Positions 26,649-39,412 of a DNA stretch of 64,000 bases are shown here, piece by piece (positions within the stretch are counted from its first letter, which is position 1; each line of letters starts with the position of its first letter). Both the position numbers and the translations under genes were made by a program. The stretch spans positions 1 to 64,000 of the forward strand of contig ADNK01001569.1 of NCBI GenBank assembly GCA_000320545.1, written 5' to 3'. Under the pieces are notes generated by a model. It did not search any database, was not told the DNA's origin, and saw only the letters and a program-made list of their open reading frames with translations. This stretch comes from Bigelowiella natans CCMP2755 (lineage: Eukaryota > Protista > Cercozoa).

Positions 26649-28499
26649 CTACTTTCCCTTTCTTTCTTCCTTGAGCAAACTCAGGAGGAGGTGCACCGCT
26701 GCTGCCTCCATAAATTGCCATGCACATAACCCAAACATGGGTACGGAGAGAATCAGTAACCAGGGTGTCGCAAATGCCATGATAGTGGCACGGTATCGAG
26801 TGACTAAATCGCCCTTCTCTCCGCCGTCATCAGATTTCTCATGATATTGCTCCATGCTCTTTCGTTTCATAACATATGGGGAGAGTAGCTCGTAGCTGAG
26901 GCAGATTGCTGCGCTTTGGAGTGCCAACACCCATGTTGACCACCCCGTGGGCAATGCGAAGCTCACGACCAAAAATACCACATTCATGGCCTCCAGTCGC
27001 TTCCAATAAGGCCGTGACAGCTTAAAGTATACAACGGCTGATGCGACTAGCCGTCCAAGTATAGGAACGAACCTAAGAGTGAAGGCCCCATGTTATCACC
27101 ATTGGAGGGAACACTAAAGCTTCTTCGTCGTTGTTATACTAGACGATAAATTCACATGATTCATTGCGAGACCAACAGGTTGCCATTTTTGGTTTTGGGG
27201 TGGAGGTTCATATTTTGGGGTAAGGACGTGTAGTATTACGTGAGTAGATACACAAGGAGAAGAATTGGGATCTGGCTGCCGAGCCTGTAGACCTGTTTAT
27301 CAGAATTCCATAGTAACATTCACAAGAAGGTCATCTGATCTAATGGTGATGATGAAGATAGAGGGGGGCGTTGCTGGTGATTGTGAAGGGGAAATTGGTT
27401 CGGTGTAATAGCGCTAGTGGAAAATTGACTATGTAATAGAAGTCACATCGACATAAATAGTCGGCTACCGTACCATATTTGCAATTGATTCACATGTTCC
27501 CAACTTCGGAGCCTTTTCGAGTCTTTAAACCGATTTTCCGACCGAGTAACGAGTGAAATTACCATCACCACCACCATAACCATCCCAAATTTCAGCAAAG
27601 AAGAGGAAATGTGGATAAATTAATGAAATAAAAAAAGAGTGGCAATCCTCGAAGGACAGCATAATGGCCCTTTAGTTTGACGACCTGTCGGCAAATTCAG
27701 GATCAAGTTTCTTTAACGTTCTAATGAAGGTCTAGATATACAGGGATATAAAATGAAAAGAATGCCGCTAATAAACGAATCAAAATTAATTCCGACGTAG
27801 CAATCAACCTTTGATCCTGTAATGGTTCGAATGGCGAAAAGACCGACAGGAGGCACAACCCAGAAACTAAAACGGAGAGATGCTAGGGAGAAAGATACGA
27901 ATCAAATTTTAAATGAACCTTGGAGATTCGTTTTCAATTCGGTGATGACGGAGATGTTAAGAGTGGCAGTTTCGAGTTTGCTTCTGAGTACCATAGACGG
28001 CCTCTTTAAAGGTAACACCCATATCGTATCCACTCACGGCGGCGGCTAGTTTCAAAAGAAGCTAACAATACACCACCATCATTAGAACACCTACCTGTTT
28101 GGAACAATTAAAAGGTAGTTGAAGGAGAACATCGGTGATGAAAACATTTGCTCTCTACTATCATCGATATGTTGCTTTCGATTAAGAACCACGATAGGGA
28201 AGCTCAGGAAGGCAAGTAGGACGTTGATGCCAACAGCAACACCAAAGCACCATATTAATCCCGATTTCTGTACCAGGGTAAGGTTTAAGGCATCAGCTTA
28301 ATGTAGAGTGTCTACATCGGAAAATTTCATATCCGTCATTTCTTCCTTTCCTCCCTGCTGTCCCCAAAACAAGCGCAATTTTCCCTCTCTTAGGAAACAG
28401 TACCGCTTCTTTCACAGTTTCGGGATCTTGAATAGCCGCATGAGCACCTTTGAAGGCTTCGGCAACTCCCTTGGAGTACTGAGCCGCTTGCGATGCCAT
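26649..28499 (-). CDS. Multi-pass membrane protein, EI24/CysZ-like; multi-exon
   Basis: ATG 28499 MASQAAQYSKGVAEAFKGA.., then hydrophobic exons (GLIWCFGVAVGINVLLAFLSFP). Terminal exon FVPILGRLVASAVVYF..LSYELLSPYV..IMAFATPWLLILSVPMFGLCAWQFMEAAAVHLL resembles the C-terminal hairpin of EI24/CysZ-type proteins. Family call is tentative. Confidence 0.55.
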
Positions 28500-28902
28500 T
28501 TCGAGCACACACGAACCTTGGTGGTTGTTGTTGTGATAGATTTTCTTCCTGGATTTACTTGGATTTACTTCCTGTTTACCATGTCGCAGAGCATAAACGA
28601 ATTCCGATTTCAAATATTTCTTCCTTTTTTTTCTGAAACAGTAGTCCTTCTCGCATTAGGAACTACTTGGTTTAGCTGTGGCAGGAGAGAATGCATGTTT
28701 ATTGCTTAGATTTCTGACAGAATCCATAATTCGAGTTCTGCCGGGTTTTGAGGCAAAGCTGCGAGGACACAGCATTCTGCGACAACAATATTCATCACAG
28801 GAAAGAGCAAAAAGCCTCTCATTCTGAGATAGCGACAACGATGCGACGAAGGTAAAAGCAGCAGCGACGACAACAACAATTACAACAACGACGCTGTGCA
28901 CC

Positions 28903-29371
28903 ATGGGTACCTCCCCACAACGGGGAGTCATCTTTTTAAGTAGTGTAGCAGCCCTTTGGGGATTGATGATTTTGCAGCAGCAGCAACAGCAGCGGCAACA
29001 TCAGCAGACATTACTCCTCGAAGCTATTCGCTTGCGCTGCTTTGATCCAAACGCTGCAGCATCTTCTTCAAGTAGGATCGTATCCCAGAGACGTGCCGAA
29101 GCTACCAATAGATTCAGACACGACAAACGATTATTGCAAAGACGCAGTACTCAATTTTCATCTACAAATGCTCCTAGAAGTAGAGTTCCTAGAAGTAGAG
29201 TTGGAGCTGATGATGCTGACTTGTTAGACAGCAAGCTCACCGAGCAAATAGGTATGGTACTTACGACACAGCAGTAGTAGTTATGTATGAAATTATAGAG
29301 ATAACTTCCTGGAAAAATGTCGTAGTGTCAGCGAACGTTGTAATTTCAGTTCAGGCATCGTTTCACACGGT

Positions 29372-29417
<46 letters not shown>

Positions 29418-31235
29418 TAAAGATTCTTCTTCTAGAGAACATCTCTGTGCTGTTTGTTTGGACAATAGTGGAGGTTACCGATGATATAAGCGTATGCTTG
29501 TTGGAAGCTGGAGAAGCAATGCAAGAGAATATGGTGGAGGAAGCGATGGAGACTAACGACAAACTCTCCTCGCCCAAATCAGATCCGTATGGCGCAGGTG
29601 ACTTTTTGTATTGTATTATAGTTTACCTTGCTGCCTGGAAAGGAGATAGAGATTACCTATTTGGTTTTGGGTGCATTTATATACCGCATACGACTGAAAA
29701 TTATATGTGCCTTGTAACTTATTCATTCCTATTATTATCAACATCACAGTGCTTTGGCCAGCTGCTTTGGTTGCGTCGAGGCGCTTGCTCCAGCTCATCG
29801 AAAGCCTTAAGAACGATGGCGCTCACGGTGAACAAGCTGTTTTCTAGCACCAGTCTCTTTGTTAAAATTAAGAAGATGATAGCGTGATAGCATCTAAAAC
29901 GATTTTCATTCGACCACTATTTTTTTTTTCCTTGTATCATGTCAATTATGCTGCAACTTGCAGCTCCCTTCGTAGACGAATACATTTTCATCACATTGGT
30001 CCTCCAAAGTTTGGATGATTGAGTGCACTTGTGTGGTTTTTTACAGGATCGAAGAAAGAGGCGATATCTGTTCTTGAGCTCGGGTCGGGAACAGGCCTTT
30101 CTACTCTCGCAGCAGCACGTATGCGACTAAATGCTTTCTGTTTGTCCTCGCTGCACTTTCCACAAACAGCTTGATCATAAATCATTTTCTTTTCTGTGAC
30201 CGAGCCTCCTCTTTCTATTCGTACGATCCAGAAGCTTCATTTGATAGTAGGTTTGATTGGTGATAGCTATTCTGTGCTGCTGGTGTTGTTGCTAGTAAAA
30301 GGCAGCCCTGTCCTTGCCACTGATTTCCAGCCTGTAACGCTCGATATTCTCAACAAGTAATACTACTACTACAACAACAACAACAACAACAACAACATCT
30401 ACTAGTAGTGCTACTCGGAGACTTACAACTCGCACATAAAGCACTCTCACCACTCGTCGTAAAGTTGTGATCTGGTTATAGCTAACTATATAACCGTTTT
30501 TAGGGCCGTCTCTCTCAATGCCATTAAGCGGAACTTGAATGCGAGCTTGGTAGAGACAGCCTTGTTTGACTTCTCTGATATGACGAAGGCCCTCCCAGAA
30601 GGGGATATCGTGGTAGCTGCTGATGTTCTCTACTACAAAGAGACTGCAGAGGTAGTAGCAGTAGTATTAGTTGTAGTCTGCTAACTGTGGGCGTGTGCCT
30701 TGTCTCCAAAGCATGCATCATCTTCTCGCTATTAGCTGAAAATGTTTCAATAAATGGCTTCGTCCTGAAATTCCATTTGCGTACAATTATTGATTTTTTG
30801 TCATCAGCGTGTGTTGGTGACTACAACAGCACATAAATTCCAATGAGCGTCACTCAAAGTAGAAATGTCTTGCAATTCTCATTTGCAGGCTCTCGCAGCG
30901 CGTTGTGTTGAGGCTTCTCGTCGTGGATCCTGGGTTATTGTCGCAGATAAGGATCGGCCTGCACGACCGACATTCTTAAGGTACAAGGGATGGAGCGCTG
31001 TGTATACACGTATTGTGCAAGTTACGATAAATGTGTGTTGCTAACGATGCAGCGAACTAAGGAGAAAGGGCATTCACAATCCGGCATTTATGAATGTAAC
31101 AGGAAAGGTAATTGCTCCGCACGAATGAATGATGCTAAATAGCAACCGTACTGAGAGAGAGTAAACTATGGTACATTAATACATGGATACACCGATGTCA
31201 CACACAACCTAGTGGTCATCTCTTTCCATCGCAAT

Positions 31236-31275
<40 letters not shown>

Positions 31276-31440
31276 ATATTATATGCACTAACAAACACAT
31301 CTCCATTTTCGTTGTAAACACCATTTGATTACAAGGCTTGCGTGGGACATCGAAATTGGGTGATTGCTGAGGAAAATGCCTTGCCTAAGGATATCATCGT
31401 TGGTTTGTTTGTACTTCCCCCTGCAACCAGTGAGCAATGA
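28903..31440 (+). CDS. Family-16 (METTL21/23-like) SAM-dependent protein methyltransferase with bipartite N-terminal presequence (putative plastid targeting); multi-exon
   Basis: DPYGAVLWPAA, SVLELGSGTGLSTLAAA, VLATD, DIVVAADVLY, IVADKDRPAR. N-terminus is hydrophobic VIFLSSVAALWGLMIL followed by an R/S-rich, acid-poor stretch. Stop TGA 31438-31440. Confidence 0.85.
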
Positions 31441-32581
31441 GTATTCTATTCTCTTAATTCTAATAACTTTGTGTTAACACAAGTTAGCATATCTAGATAT
31501 AAGTAATCGTATAGGACGTATTTCGCGTGCTTTGTACATAAAAACACTGGGCAGGATCTTATTACGATGCAAGCATTCTAGTATTATTGCCGTACGATAC
31601 ATTGCATACCTCAAGTCATATGATTTATGTTATCCTTGCGTATAGTTTGGCTATCTGTACGCAGCTATGTATGTAAATAACGATTATATGCCCTAGCCAG
31701 CTAGCTATGCGCCAACATATCTAGATATAGGCAGATTATTGGTATATATTAAATAAGCATCTAAACAAGCATGTTCTGCGTGTTGCAATTATACGAATCA
31801 GCTTTCCTAGATATACATACTCGTTAGCATCGCATGCGAATATTATGTACAAACGAGTCGTCTTATTATAGTATAGCTAGATAGCGTGCATGATGGCAAG
31901 ATCATCTAGAATGAATAGAACTGAAATGATCACAACAATTTTTACCAGTTAGTTCAGCTGATCTCACGTCTCAGACGCGCTGCCGATGATAGCCGTGTTA
32001 TCATCTAGATCATGCAGCGCTGTTTGCACGATGCAATGTGGCTAGCTGGACCTAGAGATGGTTCTAGCCTTTTGCTGCACGTACGTAGCTAGGTAGTAGA
32101 TTGATACGACGCCTAGACACACAGCATACAGCGCGAGGGATCCACATGCATATGCTAACAAGCGCTTATAATGGACCCTAGGACCACTAGGTGCACAACC
32201 ATTTGTTCGATTGAATATATTGCACATATATGGTTTCTTTCATAAATTAGTCGCCATTTTCTTGTGCTATTACATGTAAAGATGCATATGTAGCCTTCTT
32301 TATTTTATTCAGAGTTATGTGCTAAAATGCAAATCAATCCAAATAACGTGCAAGTTGTGCTGCAATGGTTATCAAAAGCACATAATACTATGCGCACGAC
32401 GTATACTTCCGAAGCACGGTGTTTGTTTGCTAGACCATCAAACAAACTTTTCGTCCTTGTTTGCCCTAAATAATATAACAGTGAAGAAATGCCCGCATAT
32501 ATCTCGCAAACATCCTGAACCCTCCCCCCCCCCACCCCCTCCCCTCACTTTCATCGCTCATGTTTTAGTTTGATGGTGTTC

Positions 32582-33316
32582 TTACGAGCAGCAGATTAGC
32601 AGCTCAGCTGCTATGTTATTCAGATTGGCCATTTGGCTGCCGTAAGTCTTCGAGACCTGTGTATTTGGTCATCATCACCATCATCATCATCATCATCATC
32701 AATATATGCACACTGTGATTATATGCACACTGTGATTAAATGCGGTTGCCACCATCAGCCAGGAATGTACATGCATCTTTCTACTTCTACGACGCACAGA
32801 CAAGGATAGACCAACGTGTGCTTTCACGCATATCACACGCATTGGCGACATTACTTCTCCGATCAAAGTTTCTGTATCAAGATCCTTCGCAGCCTTATTC
32901 GTCATCGTGCCAAGTTATACAAAACATAAAAATATGGAACATAAATTGTGGGTTATTCAATTCTGATAGTTATATGACTCCTGCTGCTGTTGCTAGCGCT
33001 TCTATTGCACTAGTCCCCCCTACACTACCCCCCCTTGTTTATTGCAGTATCACATAATAATAATAGTAATAATAATAATACCGATTTCACTGCTTCATCA
33101 CGGTACAACAGGGTGCCGAGGGTCAGCAATAAGTTTACTTTCTAAATGTTGTTGTTTTTTGAGGAGGCGAGGAGAAGGATTATGAGCATCGTGATGATAC
33201 GTGATGATACGCAAATGCTATATGGGGACGATCGTTAAATAAATATATACTCAGGCCTGCAGCAACAACACAGCGGGAGGAGTTCTATTATCATCGTAGA
33301 ACAATGACAATCGAGC

Positions 33317-33347
<31 letters not shown>

Positions 33348-33553
33348 TGGCGTGGTATGACAGTATTACCTGCTTTGGCTGATCGTTTCCATCCAGCATC
33401 ATATTCACCAAAGAGAGGCATCGGACCTGGTTTTTAAGTGTTGTTGTTGTTGATGATGATGGGGATGATGCTAATCACTCATGTGTATATATATTCAATC
33501 ATCACTGAAACTATCTGCAAGAATGCGACTGACATATACCATCACGCAAGTGC

Positions 33554-33589
<36 letters not shown>

Positions 33590-34137
33590 AAGATTCATCA
33601 TCAATCGTGATGATTCTTGTTAAAAGAAGCGGGAATACCTTCTCCGTAGACACGTCTTTTCCAAATCGCAGTGTTATGGCAAGATTTGCCAGCAATGTGA
33701 TCATGGTACTCCTAAAATCATCATCGGTAAAGCACAAGAGGGGGAAGGGGGGGTATGAATAACGATGATAATAATTATAACAATACTTCCTTCTGTTCTT
33801 CCCCTCCCCCCTCTATTTTGTCATCATCATCATCATCATCATCATCGTCATCAACTAACCGGAGATTCTTATCCTCTTCCGAAGCAAGATCTTCCAGTAC
33901 ATCCAATATCTGAAGATGATGAAAATGAAAAGTATGTTGATGATGAGGAGGATGAGGATGGTGATGATGACAACGATGGTATTCAAAATTTGAGACTGGT
34001 AAGAGAACTATGAAGGGCATTATTTTCATGATTACTATCATTAGTATATGCTGCTCACCGGCTCGATTTGAGGCGTGAGAGCGATTGCCACACGGCGTTT
34101 ACCGAACAGATTTGTGACATTCCTCAAGGCCTTTTAG

Positions 34138-34172
<35 letters not shown>

Positions 34173-34299
34173 CCGATGTTATCGTCGTTGCTATACTACT
34201 CGATGTTGTTGTTGTTGTTGTTATTGTTGTTTGTACAGATACATCATAAGAGGAGTGCTACGTGTGCATAGCAAACTATAGGTTGCACTATACTACACA

Positions 34300-34343
<44 letters not shown>

Positions 34344-34512
34344 CTGAGCACACAGCCGCTGGCCATGTATTGCTATATCATCGAGCTCACAAGGCTGATC
34401 ACACACACGCACAAACGCACCCACGCACACATTGTATAATGCAATATACCAGAAGTTTATGGGTTGCTTTTGTGCCATTTCTTGCTATAGAGAGGAATCT
34501 GTACATCATACA

Positions 34513-34571
<59 letters not shown>

Positions 34572-34816
34572 ATTGTGATGGGAAACAAAAGTACGATGAC
34601 AATTCTTAAGTGTTTCGATCTTTCGCCATAGCCTTATTGCCTTGTTGAGATATTATTATACACTCTTTCTATCTATCTAAATCACTGCTGCGTTTCTACA
34701 TATCTCCTCTCCCTCCCCCCCTCCTCTTCCTCCTCCGCTATATCTCAATATTACATAGACAATGGATCAGTCTCCACTCTTTTATCTAGAATACGATCCT
34801 GCAATAAACAAACAAG

Positions 34817-34863
<47 letters not shown>

Positions 34864-37800
34864 AACAAACGGACGAGTGACATTAGCCCATTATCATTAT
34901 CATCATTATCATCATCATTATCATCATCATTAGCCCATTATCATTATCATCATTATCATCATCATTATCATCATCATTAGCCCATTATCATTATCATCAT
35001 TATCATCATCATTATCACCATCGTCACGTATGTGCTACACACGTACTAACAAACATCACCGATAAATGTCTAACTACCGACTAGTTACTACTCATACTAC
35101 AACTACTATCTATGACCTTGATAAGCTTCAATGCTGCAGGATGACAGGTAGCACCTCTCATCATGTGAAGGCCCCATGTACACTGATCAGGTAGTAGGTA
35201 ATAATAATAACAATCATGATCATATAGTAGAGACTTTGTAGTAAGTAGCTAGCACCTTCCCTCCAGGCCACTGGCACAGTCGTGTCAGAATGTCCATCTT
35301 TAATTTGGGGGGGGAGGGAGGGGGGGGGCAGCAGCAGCAAGTCAAGATGTAAGATCAAGAAAAAGAAGAACAAGCAACAGGGAAAAGAAGAAAAACACAG
35401 CATAGGTACGAACAGCGTATGATGGCAAACACGGAAAATGAGTGATATTATGGAGAGATATGAACGTTAGTAGAAACGTCTGCTTTCACGACTCCTCTTG
35501 CTCTTTCATCATCATCATCATCTTGTTCTTCTTCTTCTTCTTCAATTGCATATTTGGCGGTTGGGATCCACTCACGTATGTGCCTTGTTGCTAGCAGTGA
35601 TACTAGTAGTAAGGCTAATAATACCTGGAAATTGGTGATCTTGCTACTGTGCCAAAACCCCCTATCTCGAAGCACTCTGTTGTTTCACAATGCAGCCATC
35701 ACGCCATAATAATGCTCGTCATCCAATCATACGATTAGTGACGATGACGACGACGATGATGATGATGCTAGTGATGATATTGACGATGATGATGACGATG
35801 ATGATGAGTCACCTTTGAATAGGGCCTTTGAGCTCCTTTACCTCCTGGACGTTAAGAGCCTTGTTCTGATGAAAACACGAAGAAGAAGAAGAAGAGGAGG
35901 AGGAGGAGGAAGAACATTGAAAGGATTATAAGAAGACCGATTTGTTGGAATTCCTCTGCTACTGCTACTAACTCGCTGCTGCTGCTGCTGCTGCTTTTAG
36001 TCATGATTATAGCTTTGTGTCATCTTAGCAGCCAAATTCATTTAGCGATCGAAAGAGGATGTTTGTCACCCTCATCATCGTCAATATTATAGTCTATTTA
36101 AGACGCTATCATTCTGGAGATATTGTTATCATCATCGTCATCATCATCGCTTTTCGTCCATTCAAACAGCAATTCATCATACAGTCTTCTTCTGGTCATC
36201 ATCGTTTGCAGTTAGCACTACTACAACAAGTAAAGAAGACAAAGCAGCAACCTTGAAATCTTCATCAGCGAGGATCTTCGTTTGTGCCTTCTCAAGACCT
36301 GCCATCACCTACGCAGAGACGCTTTATTACGATATACATGGTGATAAAGAAGCAGCAGCTTGATGATGACCGCCTACCTCCTGAAAATCCCAGCACTACC
36401 GCTACTACTACTACTACCTTATCAAGATCGAGTTTATTGTAGCTACTCAATTCAGGAGCGAGAGGAATGTTCTGCAGATAGATAGCAGCCATGCGAAGGA
36501 AGAGGAAGGAAATCAAAGACCTCACTACTACCTCATTATGTCAGCATTTCAGGATGATGAAGGCTTCAACTATACCCCCCCCCCCCCCCCCCCACCATTC
36601 TTTAAAGGTCTGCAGTAGCATCCTTATAATATCAAGAAACAACATTTGCATTCATTGCATTTTCCTCCCTTCATCACATCATCATCATCATCGTCCGACT
36701 TTGTATGGACTTGGGGCCTCCGCGCCGGATGCTTTCGCAATTGCACCTTCCACCTTTAGCAGGTAAGCACACGATCATCAGCACCACCATCATCATCATT
36801 ATCGGTAGCATCAATATAACACAATAGAGATGACGACAACTCGAACAGGATGTGAGAGGGCAGAGGAGGGGGAGGAGGAGGAGGAGGAGGAGGAGGAGGA
36901 GATGAAGATAAGGAGTAGTGGTAGCGAGCACGGTGAAATGTCCTTGACTTGAATTGCTCATATTACTACTTTTCCTGCCAGAACAGCAAGTACATGCACT
37001 ACTGATACTGGAACTTTCTTCTATCCGCAATCTCACCCATTCATTCGGTGGTAATGCTAACTAACAAGCAAACAACTACTAACAAGCAAACAACTACCAT
37101 TGCTGTAAGTGCGTTTGGATCTGCTCCTTTCATCTCATCCAACTGTTGATGTAATCAATGACACAATGAATATAAACAGCTGTAAGAAACTTCGCACATA
37201 GCAAGCAAGCAGTGACGAAAGGTAAAGAAAATGCTTTTTTTTCCAGCTGATAATTCTCTTCTTTCGAGCCAGCAAAACCGCAGAAGAAGTCATTTAAAAT
37301 ATCAAGAGCTACCGAACGTTTTTCCAAAGGAAATTATCGATTTTTCCATTTTTCAATGTTGAACCGAATCTTCCGTGTACATTTCCTTCTCTCCGTGCGT
37401 GTTTAATCATGTGGTATCATGGTTACTGCTTGTTGGAGCTGACTAGCTACCTTTTCAGATCTAAGATATACTTGGAAGGTTGGGAATGCTTGCACACCCA
37501 GGTTTTGTGCGAGAGGCTTCGTGTTGTCTACATTCACTTTCAGAAAAATCGCCTAGAATTCGATGATTATTGAGAATTAACAGCTACCGGCAATCGTGTG
37601 TTTGTAGTTTGGCCTTACCTTGTCGTTGTACTTCGTGGCCAACGACTGCGTAAAAGTAATACATCATCACAAGACAATAGCTTACTGCAATCGATGTGTT
37701 TGTAGTTGCTACGACACGCAGTACGCTCATGTCCACTTGGATGTGGAGGGCTGTCGCATTCACCTTAAAGTGGGGAGCGATCTTGTTGCCTACGAATAAA

Positions 37801-38627
37801 AATAAGAGGAATGTTAAATATGCCAAACTCATAGACGTCGCAAGCGTGTTAGCGATCTTACATGGTCCGCACCACACGGCGTAGAAGTCGACGACCACAG
37901 GCTAAAATTATAGAAGACAACATATGCTCATGGGATTACATTCATTCGGTTAAATACGGCGTATAGCAGTCACGGGAAAAGAGTTCTAGGGTATTATTCT
38001 TTATGCGATGATGCATTCGTTTCCTTGCAAGTTACCTTGTTCCCAGCTGACTTTAGGAAGTCGTCCCACTCTTCAGCCTTTATATTTATGCAATAGACAA
38101 AAGATACATGGAATTAGTACAGATCATGCGAGATTGAACGTGAGGGAGGTGTGTTGGCTGGTGTTATCTGTGATTTATTACACTTTTCAAATCCTCGTAT
38201 GGCAGGCTAACTTTTGCGTCTCCCCCCCCTCCAGCACCCATTCCTCCCATTCCTCCCATTCCCCCTTGTCCTCCCATTAGCGCCTGCATTTTTTGCATGA
38301 ACTTCTGAATGTCAGGGTCGTTCATCATTCCAGCCTAAATATTGCGAAATGGAAGAGCTTACAACTCCAAACATCAGCTGCAGAGACCTACTTGCAACAA
38401 AAGGGCGACGAGAACGATCAAATCATTGATTCTTTTTTTACCGCAGCCCCCGGGTTCGATCGAAGTGACTGGAGCCTTTCCATAAAGCCAGGCTTTTGCA
38501 TCAGCTCCATTATCTCGGGATCCCGCATTAGCTGTTGCATTGCAGACATCATTTGTGGGTTTTGCATCATCTGCTGCTGCATATCTTCCATTCCACCGCC
38601 GCCGCCGCCGCCGCCAAATCCATCCAT
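32582..38627 (-). CDS. STI1/DP-repeat + Gly/Met linker + active thioredoxin (WCGPC) + PUL domain protein; multi-exon
   Basis: STI1: MMQNPQMMSAMQQLMRDPEIMELMQKPGFMERLQSLRSNPGAAAGMMNDPDIQKFMQKM. Trx: [99 protein letters not shown]. Ends ...ELLICCS* (32582). Confidence 0.8.
34881..35022. repeat. Intronic 47-bp minisatellite x3 built on an (ATC)n microsatellite
   Basis: CATTAGCCCATTATCATTATCATCATTATCATCATCATTATCATCAT begins at 34881, 34928 and 34975. Confidence 0.9.
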
Positions 38628-39412
38628 GTTAATTGTTCGAGCTTGAACGGTGGTACTGGTAAAGGAAGGGGGAGAGCAACCACTGGCTATCTCCTTCGAT
38701 TCCGGGGGATGATGGTTGGATTCCTTGGACCCGATTTTCGACGCCAGTAGCGACAAAAATACACAAATAACATGCCAATTTAATTCTACGTCATTCTTTG
38801 CAATCAGACAAACTAAGAAAAGGCAGCCTTTCTCGGCTTTTCGAAGTAAAAATAGGTGAGCAGTGAAGTCCGCTGTTCGAAAGGCATTTTTAATTCGCGA
38901 GTAGTTTTTACGAGTTGTTGTCATTTGAAATATCCAAGAAAAATTTTAGGCAATATTGCCAGGAAAGCGACGGCGATGATTGTGGAGAACGGGTTTTCCA
39001 GGTACAACAATCCGAAGCTTTACAGTGAGTTAAACCCTTCTTCTCGGAGATCTCTTCATTAGAATTCCACTTATTTAATGTCGCAGTACAAATAACGGCG
39101 GGAAACTTCAGTATACGAATAGGTTCTTCAGCCGTGACTCTGTCTGAGAATGCCTATTTTCGGTGCCGAGAAAGTACAACATGTGCACTTCTCCGTCGGC
39201 ACAATCGAACTAACCCTTGGAGCTAACGATCAAGCTGACCCCGCCCTTTCTACGAGCTCGCACACCGCAATGTATTAGCATAAAACACGTTATTAAATTT
39301 GTCCACATGGGCCATAGCAGTAAAATTCAATGGAGGAAATAAAAACACGATTCGTCGTGATTTCCATAGCTGGTGCATGCCTGACGTTGTTCATACTTTT
39401 ATCGATACATAG

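Noticed and set aside
34881-35022. Regular 47-bp repeats as a CRISPR-like array
   Set aside because: There are no unique spacers, the units are contiguous low-complexity ATC derivatives inside a eukaryotic intron, and there are no cas genes.
35448-35675. Stand-alone 75-aa ORF with a TM helix (MLRDRGFW...)
   Set aside because: Only RVLRDRGFWHSSKITNFQ is exonic (part of the Trx-PUL gene). The hydrophobic part is intron read-through.
37143-37450. Microsatellite-free ~300-nt intron as a possible snoRNA host or internal promoter
   Set aside because: No convincing paired C/D or H/ACA boxes with a terminal stem were seen by eye. An Infernal/Rfam scan would be needed.
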